Shown here in pieces: positions 1 to 10,853 of a stretch of DNA of 64,000 bases. The notes below the pieces were generated by a model. It ran no database searches. It was given only the letters and a program-made list of their open reading frames with translations, and was not told the DNA's origin. Within the stretch, counting starts at the first letter, position 1. Every line of letters starts with the position of its first letter. Origin of the DNA: an uncultured Clostridium sp. (GTDB lineage: Bacteria > Bacillota > Clostridia > TANB77 > CAG-508); NCBI GenBank assembly GCA_947565445.1, contig CANOGC010000002.1:4631-68630 (forward strand). The letters are read 5' to 3'. Position numbers and translations under genes: made by a program.

Positions 1-353
1 ACCATTTATATGGAATAGAAGTAGCAAGAACAATGGCATTTTTATCATTAGGATTATTAGAGCTAGTACATAGTTTTAACATAAAGAGTGAAGAATCAAT
101 ATTTAAAATAGGCTTATTTGAAAATAAATATTTAGTAGGTGCATTTATACTAGGTGCAATATTGCAAATAGGAGTAGTATGTATACCAGGGCTTTGTAAT
201 GTATTTAATTTAGTGCCATTAGATACAAAAGCGTGGTTGTATGTAGCAGGAATTTCTATTTTACCACTTATTATTATGGAAATCCAAAAGAAATGGAATG
301 AATTTAAATTTGGTAAAATCGTCTACGGATATAAGGATAGAGTAGATTATTAA
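1..353 (+). CDS. P-type cation-transporting ATPase, C-terminal fragment (5' end outside window)
   Basis: The frame is open from the window edge to TAA at 351-353. The tail (LSLGLLELVHSFNIKS..FENKYLVGAFILGAILQIGVV..LPLIIMEIQKK) looks like the last TM helices of Ca2+/cation P-type ATPases. Confidence 0.75.
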   Translation, partial: HLYGIEVARTMAFLSLGLLELVHSFNIKSEESIFKIGLFENKYLVGAFILGAILQIGVVCIPGLCNVFNLVPLDTKAWLYVAGISILPLIIMEIQKKWNEFKFGKIVYGYKDRVDY

Positions 354-367
354 TGTGATAGTATAAA

Positions 368-526
368 GAAGAAGTAGTAATATAAAATTAAAAATTCCGT
401 TCTCCAAGGCGTTTTAGTATAATTGGTTTTAACAACACAGATACACACTATACTTTGAGAAAAAGAAATATGACGCCTTTGGCTAACAGGTCGAACTCGT
501 TTTTAATTTTATATTACTACTTCTTC
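368..526. repeat. 159-nt rod-like palindromic element: perfect 27-bp outer stem around a 105-nt partly self-complementary core
   Basis: GAAGAAGTAGTAATATAAAATTAAAAA (368-394) is the exact reverse complement of 500-526. Inside, CCAAGGCGT (404-412) pairs with ACGCC(T)TTGG (473-482), and AGTATA (416-421) pairs with TATACT (449-454). It starts 15 nt after the ATPase stop. Confidence 0.7.
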
Positions 527-621
527 ATGCTAAATAGCCCAATATTACAAAAACAATTAAAAGGTATTGAAAAAATATGATAAATACAATAAAATAAATG
601 TACAATAAAAGGGGGAGGATT

Positions 622-2510
622 ATGAAAAAAGTATATAATAGAATACTACTTAGTGTAATTGTATTTATAGGCATTATTTTAATATCTAATACATCAAAAG
701 CAGGAGAATTAAGGCTTAAGAACTTAGATTACAAAGTGCAACTAAATTCAGATGGAACAGCAGACGTAACTGAAAATTGGAGAATTTATATAGAGGATAC
801 AAATACTCTATTTAAGACATTTGAAATAGACAGTAGCAAATATAAAGAAATTACAAATGTAAAGGTAAAAGAAATAAAAAGTTCTGGAAATGTAGATTTC
901 ACAAAAATAAATGTAGAAAAATATCATGTAGATAAAAATTGTTTTTATGCATTAAGAAATAGTAAAGGCAAGTTTGAAATTGCTTGGGGTGTACATGCGG
1001 AAGATGTAACAAGAACATATGAAATTAGCTATAAAATTGTAGATGCAGTTAAAAATTATGCAGACTGTTCAGAATTTTACTGGCAGTTTGTAAGTACAGA
1101 ATCAGAAATTCCAGCAAGTCATGTGACTGGAACTATCATACTTCCATATAATGTTTCAAACAAAGAAGATTTAAAAACATGGGCACATGGTCCACTAAAT
1201 GGAAATATAAAAATTGATTCAGAAAAACAAGTTAGTTTTGAAGTTGAAGATTTTAGTGCAAATACTATGCTAGAAGCAAGAGTAGTAACACCCAATTACA
1301 TCTTTGCAAATAATCAAAATAAGAAAAACGAAAACAAGTTAGAAAGTATTTTGAGTCAAGAGCAAAAATGGGCAGATGAAGCAAATAGAAAAAGAGAAAC
1401 CTTAAGAAAAAGACAAGAAATGATTGAAACTGCAATTAAAATATTTTTTATTGTTTCAAACATAATTGGAGTTTTCCTTACAGTTGTTATTATTAAAAAA
1501 ATTATTAAGTATCATAAAGAACTAAAAGAACATCCAGTATTACAACCAGAAATGAAGTTAGATTACTTTAGAGATATACCAGATGAAAAATCTACACCGG
1601 CAAATGCAGGGTTTTTATATTATTTTAAAAGCACAGGCTTACAATATAATATGAGTAAAGTAATATCTGCTACAATGTTAGATTTATGCTTAAAAGGATA
1701 TTTAAGTTTTGAAGAAGTAGTGGGAAAAAAGGACCAAATTAGAGTTACTTTAAAACAAAAAGATATATCAAGCCTTACAAAAGATGAACAAACAATATAT
1801 GAATTATTAGAAAAAGTAGCAAACAATGAGACAAAATCTTTTACAATGAAAGAATTTGAAAAATATGCAAGAAATCATTCAAGTAGTGTATTAAGTAAAA
1901 TTAATAAAATAGAAGAACAAGTAAAAAAACAGCAAGAAGAAAAGAAGAACTATGATAAGCAAGCTATTAAAACATATAGTATTTGGCTAGCAAAGGGAGT
2001 AGGATATTTAGTTTTAAGTATATTTAGTCTAATATTTATGCAAATATTAGTAATACCAGCATTTATAGCCTCTATATATAGTTTTAAAGTCGGATCAAGA
2101 TACAACCAACTAACACAAAAACGGAGTAAATGAAAAAGAACAATGGATGGGACTAAAACGATATATGTCAGAATTTTCATTAATGAAAGAAAAAGAAGTA
2201 CCAGAGTTAGTACTATGGGAAAAATACCTAGTATATGCAACAGTTTTTGGAATTAGTGAAAAAGTATTAAAACAACTAAAAATAGTATATCCACAAATAT
2301 CAGATGAAGAGTACATGGCAAATGGCTATACATACTTATACTTAGTAAATTCTAGAAGCTTTGGAACTTCATTTATATCTACCTTAAATACATCTGTTGG
2401 AACATCATATTCGGCACTTACAAATTACTCATCTGGTTCAGGTTCTGGAGGAGGATTTTCTTCTGGTGGAGGCTTTGGAGGAGGCGGAGGCCGGAATGGG
2501 AGGAAGATAA
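622..2510 (+). CDS. DUF2207-type membrane protein with Gly-rich tail; needs +1 shifts at in-frame CGG 2122 and probably 2492
   Basis: RBS GGGGGAGG precedes ATG 622, followed by an N-terminal TM/signal segment. ORFs 598-2133 and 2147-2542 are one protein. Skipping C2122 gives ..RYNQLTQK-G-VNEKEQWMGLKRYMSEFS..LWEKYLVYATVFG. The tail is GSGSGGGFSSGGGFGGGGG. With the second site (GGC CGG A, 2492) the product ends GGMGGR at TAA 2508-2510. Length minus 2 nt is 629 codons. Confidence 0.75.
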
Positions 2511-2546
2511 ACATGATACGAAGTATGCTAAGTTTAGGTTAAATGC

Positions 2547-2580
2547 GTAGGGGCGATTATCAATCGCCCGTGCGCCATGC
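2547..2580 (+). repeat. REP-like element copy 1 (GTAG + GC-rich 8-bp hairpin)
   Basis: Sequence is GTAGGGGCGATTATCAATCGCCCGTGCGCCATGC, with the stem GGGCGATT/AATCGCCC. It is one of 4 near-identical copies (15128, 23107, 41842) and lies between convergent gene ends. Confidence 0.75.
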
Positions 2581-2599
2581 TCCTTTTCCTATAGTTTTT

Positions 2600-4967
2600 T
2601 TATCTTAGTTCTACAACAGTTACACCCATTTCGCCTTCACCAAAAGTACCTAAACGAAAACTTTTTACATGTGAATTTGTTTTTAAAAAATTATGAATGC
2701 CTTTCATAAGAGCACCAGTTCCTTTTCCATGTACAATACGTACATTATTCAGCTTTGCAAGTGCACAATCATCTAAATATTTATCAACTATAAAAACAGC
2801 TTCATCTACGTTATAACCAATCACGTTAATTTCAGAAGTAGCAGTCTTAGCTTTATTTGTTTTATAATTAGAAGAACCAGTAAAAGTTTTTTCTTTAGCA
2901 AAAATAATTTTTGTAATACTAGAAATAGGTAGCATTAGTTTTGCACTACCAATCTGAACTTGTACTTGGTTAGACTTATTTGGGGTACTTAAAATACATC
3001 CTTGTTGGTTTAAATGACTAATATAAACAGTAGCTCCAACTTTTATATCTTCTTTTTCTACAGAAGATACCGATTCTTTAGTATCTATAGTATTAGTAGA
3101 AGTTTCTTTTAAACTTTCATTTAATTTATTGCGGATTTGGTTTAAATCCTTTATAGAATTAGAACTGGCACTTTCATATATTTCATTCATTTTAGAAATA
3201 TAGTAACTTGCTTCATCTTTTGCATCAAGCAAAATTTTTCTTGCTTCTTGTTTTGCTTTATCAATATATGAATTTTGTGTTTCCTTAAGAGATTTTTCCC
3301 TTTCTTCTAGTGACTTGCGAAGTACACTAATTTGGTTTGAATTTTTTTGTATTTGTTCTTTTTCATTTTCAATCCACAATTTATCATCATATATGTTTTT
3401 TAATAATTCTTCAATATGAATTTGATCAGCATCTAAGAAAGATTCTGCTCTTTTTATAATATTATCATCTAAACCTAATTTTTTACTAATAGCAAATGCA
3501 TTACTTCTTCCGAGGGATACCAATTAGTAACTTATAAGTAGGCTTTAAAGTTTCAATATCAAATCCTACACTTGCATTTTCAAAACCATCAGAAATAAGT
3601 GCATAGTTTTTTAATTCTGAATAATGTGAAGTAGAAATAGTAAGACAACCTTTATTTTTTAAAGTCTCCAAAATACTAATTGCTAAACTACTTCCTTCTA
3701 TAGGGTCTGTTCCAGAACCTAATTCATCTAAAAGAACAAGACTTTCAGATGTGCAATTATTTAGGATTTGTACAATATTACGCATGTGAGAAGAAAAAGT
3801 ACTTAGTGATTCTATAATACTTTGTTCATCACCAATATCGGCATAAATATTATCAAAAATGCAAATACTACTTTCATCTTTTGCAGGAATAAATAAACCA
3901 CTACAAGCCATTAAAGAAAGTAAGCCAATAGTTTTTAATGTAACAGTTTTTCCGCCAGTATTAGGACCTGTAATAATAAGAGATGAAAAATCTTGTCCAA
4001 GTTCAATATTAATAGGAACTACTACATCACTAGAAATAAGAGGATGACGAGCATCTATTAGTGAAATTTGTTTGTTATCATTAATATTAGGGAATATTCC
4101 ATTTAATTCAAGCCCATATTTTGCTTTTGCAAAAATAAAATCAATAGTACAAATTGTTGTATAATCTTGTTTTAGTTCATTAACATATGGTGCAAATAAA
4201 GAAGAAATATAAGATAAAATTCTTTCTATTTCAATTGTTTCTTCTGATTGCAAAACATGTAAATCATTGTTTAAGTCGAATACTACCATAGGTTCAATAA
4301 AAACAGTAGAACCGGCTTGCAGAAACATCATGAATAAATCCTTTTACAAAACTTCTATATTCATCTTTAATTGGTACAACATAGCGGTTATTTCTAATAG
4401 TAATAACATTTTCTTGAATATATTTAGAATAAGCAGAAGAATGTATAAAACCATTTAACTTGTCCTTAATAGTATCTTCTAATTTTCTTTTTTCTTTACG
4501 AATAGAAGATAGCTTTGTTGAAGCAGAATCTGAAATAGTATTTTCGTCTAAAATAGAATTTTCGACAGTTTTTATAATAGAAGGGTTTGTGTATAACTTA
4601 GAAAAGTAAGAGTCACTAATAGGAAATTTAGTTATATCACGATCATTATAAAAATAATTTTTTAAATTAGCACTTGTTTTTAAAATTTGGTTTAATTCTA
4701 AAATAGATGAAATATTTAGGGAACCATTACTCCCGCAAAATTTTTAATATATAGTCTATATTACCGAATATTTATAAAATAAGGTTCATTTTGTGTAAGT
4801 AATAAAGTTGCTTCAGATGTTTCTTGCAATAATTTTAAAACAGTATCTTTATTAGAATTTGGTTTTAAATTATGGCATAATGTTTTACCAAAATCGGTAA
4901 CACAAAAAATAGAAAGTTTTTCTAAAATGGTAAAATACTCCAATTTTTCAATATATTTTAAATCCAT
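2600..4967 (-). CDS. mutS2: Endonuclease MutS2; single 787-aa frame only if four in-frame CGG codons are read as +1 shifts
   Basis: Pieces 4761-4967, an unlisted middle frame, 3501-4331 and 2600-3523 join at CGG sites. Coordinates of the C are 4766 (ATT CGG T), 4735 (TTG CGG G), 4314 (AGC CGG T) and 3512 (CCT CGG A). The junctions restore ..HDVSAS-G-STVFIEP.. and ..LLIGIP-G-RSNAFAISKKLGL... Other family features are Walker A GPNTGGKT and a C-terminal Smr domain (VRIVHGKGTGAL). (2368-4)/3 = 788 codons. Confidence 0.9.
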
Positions 4968-5137
4968 AAAATTCGTCTCCTTTTTTTAATGTTACCATTA
5001 TACTACAGAAATATTACAATTTGAATACATTTTGTAAAACTTGGAAAAAAGTATTGCAATTAGAAAAAATATATAGTATAAATATTAATAGATTAAGAAT
5101 AATAATAGTAAAATAATTAGTAAGTGAGGGATTTCAA

Positions 5138-5452
5138 ATGAAAAAATTTAAAAAAGTATGTTTATTAATGGTTGTAATATTTTTATTAGGAGTAACAGTT
5201 GTAAATGCAAGTACTATTACTATTGACCCATCAGGAACAACAATAGGTGGAGATAGTAATACAACACCAAAAACAAACACTATACCAACAACTCCAACAA
5301 CAGGAAATACAAGTAATTATAAAAACACAACCAATACAACAAATTTACCAAAAACAGGTGCAGATGATTATTTAATTATATCAGTAGTTGCAGTTTTAGG
5401 TATAGCAGGTGTTTATGCATTTAAGAAAATTCGTGATTACAAAGATATCTAA
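5138..5452 (+). CDS. Small Thr/Asn-rich LPXTG-anchored surface protein
   Basis: RBS GTGAGGG precedes the ATG. The protein has a signal peptide (MKKFKKVCLLMVVIFLLGVTVVNA), a T/N-rich spacer, an LPKTG sortase motif, a TM segment and a basic tail. Confidence 0.7.
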   Translation: MKKFKKVCLLMVVIFLLGVTVVNASTITIDPSGTTIGGDSNTTPKTNTIPTTPTTGNTSNYKNTTNTTNLPKTGADDYLIISVVAVLGIAGVYAFKKIRDYKDI

Positions 5453-5744
5453 ATAGAAAAATTATTTAAAGTAGAAAGTTGAGGAAAAAGTTTACAAGCT
5501 TTTTCCTCACTTTGCATTATAGGAAGATGAATAATTTACCTAATCTTTAAAGAAATACTGAAATTTAATTGAATTTTCAATTAAAAGATGATATAGTATG
5601 TAATGATGTAATTTCTAATAATAGAAAAGAATTTTATTGTAAAGTGATTGAAGGAAAGTATAAAAAAATACTAACTGTTGCTTATAAAAGATTAAATAGG
5701 TAATAGGGAAAAAGTTTTAGTAACAAAAAGGAAGGAGGTTAACT

Positions 5745-6470
5745 ATGAAAGTATCTATTAATACAATGCAGAAATTATCTAAAGTAAAAAATTCAGTATA
5801 TGATGATATAAAAATAGAATACTTATACCATTCAAACAAACTTGAAGGAAGTACTTTCAATGTTGAGCAATTAAATATTCTTTTAGAACAAAAAGTAGTA
5901 ATAGGTGAACATTCTATCGATGATGTACAAGAAACCATTAATTCTTTAGAATTGTTTGACTTTGTAATAAATACTTTAAATGAGCAGTTAACCCCTATGT
6001 TACTTAGAGAATATTATTCAATTTTAAAGAAGAATACAAGTGATGCAAATTATGGATTTGCTGGAGTATATAAAAAAATACCAAATAAATTAAGATCAGT
6101 AAATATTGAATTATCACAACCATATGAAGTTCTAGAGCAAATTGAAAGGTCATTAGAGAAAAAAATAGAAACTTTAAAAGATATAGCTGATTTTCATCAA
6201 AAGTTTGAACATATACATCCTTTTCAAGATGGAAATGGTAGAATAGGAAGATTTATTATGCTAAGGCAGTGTATAGAAAATGAAATTGGCTTAATTGCTA
6301 TAGATGATGAATATAACAAAGAATATAGGGATGCTTTATATAAAGCACAAACAGCAGAAAATATAGAACCATTAGTTGAGGTTTTAAAAAAGTGTCAAGT
6401 AAGGCTTGATGAAAAATTATCAAGTTGTATACCAATAATAAAACAAGTAGAAGAGGAAATGATGAGATAA
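5745..6470 (+). CDS. Fic/DOC family protein
   Basis: RBS AGGAAGGAGG precedes the ATG. The Fic active-site motif [14 protein letters not shown] is present at the usual position in a 241-aa ORF. Confidence 0.8.
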   Translation: MKVSINTMQKLSKVKNSVYDDIKIEYLYHSNKLEGSTFNVEQLNILLEQKVVIGEHSIDDVQETINSLELFDFVINTLNEQLTPMLLREYYSILKKNTSDANYGFAGVYKKIPNKLRSVNIELSQPYEVLEQIERSLEKKIETLKDIADFHQKFEHIHPFQDGNGRIGRFIMLRQCIENEIGLIAIDDEYNKEYRDALYKAQTAENIEPLVEVLKKCQVRLDEKLSSCIPIIKQVEEEMMR

Positions 6471-6772
6471 TAGAAAAATATGTAGAAATGAATATTGCAC
6501 ATCCATTTAGAGAAGGAAATGGAAGAAGTACAAGAATATGGCTAGACTTAATTTTAAAAAAGGAGTTAAATGTAGTAGTTGATTGGAGTAAAGTAGATAA
6601 AACAGATTACTTACTTGCAATGGAACGTAGCCCTATAAAAGGTACAGAAATAAAAGAACTGTTAAAACAAAGCTTGACGGATAAGGTAAATTATAGGCAA
6701 ATATATATGAAAGGGATAGACAATAGTTATTTATATGAAGGCTATTTAGGATTTAAAACAGAAGAACTATAA
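6461..6772 (+). pseudogene. 5'-truncated second Fic-domain gene (remnant)
   Basis: Contains ..[33 protein letters not shown].., a Fic core plus C-terminal region. About 90 N-terminal residues are missing and there is no RBS. It overlaps the end of the upstream Fic gene in another frame. No CGG lies at the junction, so this is not the CGG-type recoding. Confidence 0.55.
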
Positions 6773-6795
6773 AATTAAAACAAAGGAGAGAATAT

Positions 6796-7537
6796 ATGTT
6801 TAATTTTTCATTTGATAAAAGATTTCTATATATTATTTTAGGAATTAGTGTATTATGGGGATTAATGGGAATGACAAAATTGGAATGGTTAGGGTTATTA
6901 TTAACACTTCCAGGAGTTATTGTTGCAATCACTTTTCATGAGTTTGCACATGCATATGCAGCATATAAATTAGGAGATGACACTCCTAGAATGCAAGGTA
7001 GGTTAAACTTAAACCCAGCAAGCCATCTAGACCCTATTCGGATTTGTTTTACTTATATTTGCACATATTGGATGGGGAAAACCTGTACAAATTAACCCAA
7101 GAAATTTTGATAGAAAATACTCTATGTCAGCAGGAGAAGCAATAGTTTCTGTAGCAGGACCTGCTATGAACTTTGTACTTGCAATTGTATTTACTCTTAT
7201 TTATGCAATAATTGCTAAATTTGCACCAATGTTTGCACTATCTGAAATTGGATTTTATGTTATGATAATAATAAAATATGCAGCGATTGTAAACGTAGGG
7301 CTTGGAGTATTTAATCTAATACCACTTCCACCATTAGATGGTAGCAAAATTTTTAGAAATTTTATGTCATATAAGGTAAAAGAATGGCTAGATAGATATG
7401 AACAATATTTTTATATTGCATTTCTAATTTTATGGGTAACAGGGCTTGCAGGAAATATAATATCTCCAATTATTAGTTTTATAACTGATGGATTATTTAA
7501 ATTAATGGGATTAATATTTAGAGTTACAATGTTTTAA
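6796..7537 (+). CDS. Peptidase M50 (site-2 protease family) membrane metalloprotease; +1 shift at in-frame CGG 7039
   Basis: RBS AAAGGAGAG precedes the ATG and the HEFAHAY zinc motif is present. ORFs 6796-7095 and 7124-7537 join by skipping C7039 (ATT CGG A). The result is ..[55 protein letters not shown]... (742-1)/3 = 247 codons. Confidence 0.8.
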
Positions 7538-7555
7538 TAAAAAAAGGAAAAGAAA

Positions 7556-8551
7556 ATGGGAAAAGATATATATACTTTAGGAATTGAATCAAGTTGTGAT
7601 GAAACTTCTGTATCTGTTGTAAAAAATGGTAGAGAAGTTCTTTCTAATGTAATTCACTCTCAAATTGATATTCATAAGCAGTTTGGTGGAGTAGTTCCAG
7701 AGATTGCATCTAGAAACCATGTAGAAGCAATTTCCACTGTAACAAAAGAAGCACTAAAAGAAGCAAAAATAGATTTTAGTGATATAGATGCAATATGTCC
7801 TACTTATGGGCCAGGTCTTGTAGGAGCATTATTAGTAGGTGTTGCATATGCAAAAGCACTTTCATATGCTATTTCAAAACCACTTGTAGGTGTAAACCAT
7901 ATTGAAGGGCATATAGCAGCAAATTATATTACAAACTTAGAGCTAGAACCACCATTTCTATGTTTGGTTATTTCAGGAGGACATACACATCTTATTCATA
8001 TTAAAGATTACACAGAATTTGAAATACTAGCTCGTACACGTGATGATGCAATAGGTGAGGCATTTGATAAAGTAGCAAGGGTGATAGGATTGGAATACCC
8101 AGGAGGGCCTAAAATTGACAAACTTGCAAAAGAAGGTAAGCCTAGTATTGAATTACCACATACATATTTTGAAGATAGTTTAGATTTTAGTTTTAGTGGA
8201 ATAAAGACAGCAGTTTTAAATTTACATCATAAAAATCCAGAGGTAAATAAAGCAGATTTATGTGCAAGCTTTGAAAGTACTGTAATAGATATGTTACTTA
8301 CAAATACTAAAAAGGCTTTAAAACAACTAGATGTAAAGAAAATAGCATTAGCAGGAGGAGTTTCCGCAAATTTACACATAAGAAATGCTTTCTTTAAAAT
8401 GGGTGAAGAAGAGGGAGTAAAGATATATTATCCAGATTTAAAGCTTTGTACAGATAATGCAGCAATGATTGCTTCTGCTGGATACTATAATTTCTTAAAA
8501 GGAAACTTTTCAGATTTATCACTAAATGCCATTCCAAATTTGAAAATATAG
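7556..8551 (+). CDS. tsaD: tRNA N6-adenosine threonylcarbamoyltransferase TsaD
   Basis: Starts [10 protein letters not shown], contains VNHIEGH and ends with ..CTDNAAMIA. These are typical Kae1/TsaD motifs in a 331-aa protein. Confidence 0.93.
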   Translation: MGKDIYTLGIESSCDETSVSVVKNGREVLSNVIHSQIDIHKQFGGVVPEIASRNHVEAISTVTKEALKEAKIDFSDIDAICPTYGPGLVGALLVGVAYAKALSYAISKPLVGVNHIEGHIAANYITNLELEPPFLCLVISGGHTHLIHIKDYTEFEILARTRDDAIGEAFDKVARVIGLEYPGGPKIDKLAKEGKPSIELPHTYFEDSLDFSFSGIKTAVLNLHHKNPEVNKADLCASFESTVIDMLLTNTKKALKQLDVKKIALAGGVSANLHIRNAFFKMGEEEGVKIYYPDLKLCTDNAAMIASAGYYNFLKGNFSDLSLNAIPNLKI

Positions 8552-8563
8552 AAAGGGAGAAAT

Positions 8564-9271
8564 ATGGCTATATATGTAATAGCAGATTTACACTTATCTT
8601 TTAAATCTCCAAAACCAATGAACATATTTGGAGATAATTGGGATAACCATGAAGAAAAGATAAAAAAAGATTGGGTAAGTAAAGTAAAAGAAGATGATAT
8701 AGTAGTATTACCAGGCGACTTTTCTTGGGCAATGAGTTTAAGTGATGCATACTTAGACTTTAAGTATCTAAATGAGTTACCAGGAAAGAAAATATTATTA
8801 AAGGGAAACCATGACTATTGGTGGACAACAATGAACAAAATGAGAAACTATATAAAAGAAAATAACTTTAATACAATAGACTTCTTATTTAACAATAGTT
8901 TTTTTAATGAAGGAATTATACTGACAGGAACTAGGGGGTGGTCATTACACGATTTAGAAGGAGAAGGAAAAATACTAAACCGCGAACTAGGAAGGCTGGA
9001 ATTATCGCTTAATGAGGGAATAGAAAAATATGGGGAGGATAAGCCAATTTATGTATTTATGCATTATCCACCAATTACAAATTCAGCAATTCTTAATAAA
9101 TTAGAACTTACATTTATAGAAACTATGAAAAAATATAATGTTAAAAAATGCTTCTATGGACATTTACACAGCCATTCGCATAAAGATGCAATAGAGGGGA
9201 ATATAGAAGGAATAGAAATTAGACTGATCAGTGCAGATTATTTAGATTTTAAATTAATGAAGATAAATTAG
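8564..9271 (+). CDS. Calcineurin-like metallophosphoesterase
   Basis: Motifs IADLHL, GDFSW, GNHDYWW and GHLH are spaced as in metallophosphoesterases. Confidence 0.75.
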   Translation: MAIYVIADLHLSFKSPKPMNIFGDNWDNHEEKIKKDWVSKVKEDDIVVLPGDFSWAMSLSDAYLDFKYLNELPGKKILLKGNHDYWWTTMNKMRNYIKENNFNTIDFLFNNSFFNEGIILTGTRGWSLHDLEGEGKILNRELGRLELSLNEGIEKYGEDKPIYVFMHYPPITNSAILNKLELTFIETMKKYNVKKCFYGHLHSHSHKDAIEGNIEGIEIRLISADYLDFKLMKIN

Positions 9272-9330
9272 GCGAGCCTAAAAATTTTCTAGCAAAATTA
9301 TAAGAAAATTAATACTCGCCATAATTAAAA

Positions 9331-9350
9331 AGAACGGATTAATCCGTTCT
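9331..9350. terminator. Bidirectional intrinsic terminator hairpin
   Basis: AGAACGGATTAATCCGTTCT is flanked by an A-run and a T-run, between convergent genes (8564-9271 on + and 9371-10294 on -). Confidence 0.6.
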
Positions 9351-9370
9351 TTTCATGCCTCGTCTTTGTT

Positions 9371-10294
9371 CTATTTATCTGACTTTTTAGATTTTTTATC
9401 ATCATCTTTAAAAACTTCTTTTATAGCACCTAAGCTACCTAGAGCAGATGTTGCATCAAAAGGAATAAAGACTTTGTTGGCTTCTCCGTCTGCAATTTTT
9501 TCTAATGATTCTAAAGATTTTAATTGTACTAATTTATCATTTGGGTCTGCTTTTTTCATTGCACTATAAATCATTTCAACTTCTTTTGCTTTAGCTTCAG
9601 CAACTTGTTTAATAGCTTCAGCCTCACCAGTAGCACGTCTTATTTTAGATTCACGGTCAGCCTCAGCTTGTAAAATAGCAGCTTCTTTTTGTCCTTCAGC
9701 AATAGTAATAGCAGATTGCCTTTCTCCTTCTGCTTGTAAAATTAAAGCTCTCTTATTACGTTCTGCATTCATTTGTTTCTCCATTGCATCACGTATATCA
9801 GCAGGTGGTGTAATATCTTTAATTTCAACACGGTCAACTTTACATCCCCATTGGTCTGTTGCTTCATCTAGTATAACACGTAATTGATCATTAATTGCAT
9901 CTCTAGAGCTAAATGTTGCATCTAAGTCCATTTTGCCAACAATATCACGAATTGTTGTAATAGCTAAGTATTCAATACCTTTCTTTAAACTTTGGATTTC
10001 ATATACTGCTTTTGCAGGGTCTGTAATTTTATAGAACACAACAGTATCTATTGTGATAGTAACATTATCTTTTGTAATAACTCCTTGAGGTGGAATATCC
10101 ATTGTTTGTTGTTTTAAGCTAACAACACTTCTGACGTGGTCAATAAATGGTACAATAATAGTAAGACCAGCGTCTGCTATTTTGTGATATTTACCAAGTC
10201 TTTCAATAATGTACACCTCAGCTTGTTTAACGATTTTAATTGATTTAAATGCTATAATTAATATAATGACTAATAGTATAAGTAAAAATACCAT
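9371..10294 (-). CDS. SPFH/band-7 (stomatin-like) membrane protein
   Basis: N-terminal TM followed by an SPFH domain (IVKQAEVYIIERLGKY..) and an Ala/Glu-rich coiled tail. It is paired with a downstream NfeD gene. Confidence 0.88.
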   Translation of the reverse strand: MVFLLILLVIILIIAFKSIKIVKQAEVYIIERLGKYHKIADAGLTIIVPFIDHVRSVVSLKQQTMDIPPQGVITKDNVTITIDTVVFYKITDPAKAVYEIQSLKKGIEYLAITTIRDIVGKMDLDATFSSRDAINDQLRVILDEATDQWGCKVDRVEIKDITPPADIRDAMEKQMNAERNKRALILQAEGERQSAITIAEGQKEAAILQAEADRESKIRRATGEAEAIKQVAEAKAKEVEMIYSAMKKADPNDKLVQLKSLESLEKIADGEANKVFIPFDATSALGSLGAIKEVFKDDDKKSKKSDK

Positions 10295-10333
10295 AATAAA
10301 TCCTCCTTTTATATTATATATAAATATTAAAAA

Positions 10334-10768
10334 CTATTTTAAAATAGGTTCTTCTATAGGTTCTACAATAGCTTTTACACCATCAATTTCTTTTATAATA
10401 ACTTCAGTTCCTTCTAAAATAGGGGAACTTGATTTTGCTGTCCAAATTTCACTACCAACTTTTACTTGCCCAATTCCTTTTTTAGAATTAATTTCTCTTG
10501 TTACAATTCCAGTTTTACCAATAACTGAATAAGCATTTGTTTGAACTTTATCATTACGTGAAAGTTTTTTTACAAGTGGCTTTGTTAAGAATAATAGTAA
10601 AGTAGAGCTAATTACAAATACTGATGTTTGAATAATAGTATTATCTGTAAAAAGACTAACAATTGCAGTAAGTAATGCTCCAATGCCAAACCAAAATACT
10701 AAAAAACCAACTGTTATCATTTCTAATACAAAAAACATACCAGAAATAATTAACCAAACCTGCCACAT
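10334..10768 (-). CDS. NfeD-family membrane protein
   Basis: Three N-terminal TM helices plus a C-terminal OB-fold-like segment (GKTGIVTREI..GQVKVGSEIWTA). The gene order with the SPFH protein is the classic one. Confidence 0.8.
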   Translation of the reverse strand: MWQVWLIISGMFFVLEMITVGFLVFWFGIGALLTAIVSLFTDNTIIQTSVFVISSTLLLFLTKPLVKKLSRNDKVQTNAYSVIGKTGIVTREINSKKGIGQVKVGSEIWTAKSSSPILEGTEVIIKEIDGVKAIVEPIEEPILK

Positions 10769-10853
10769 AAAAATCCCTCCTTTAAAACCTACATTACAAT
10801 TATACTACAAAATATGGAAAAAAGAAATAGTTTTGTAATATTTTTGGCAGAAT

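Noticed and set aside
6425-6488. The Fic-Fic junction as another CGG recoding site.
   Set aside because: There is no CGG anywhere near the junction. The two ORFs each carry their own Fic motif. The second simply lacks its N-terminal region.
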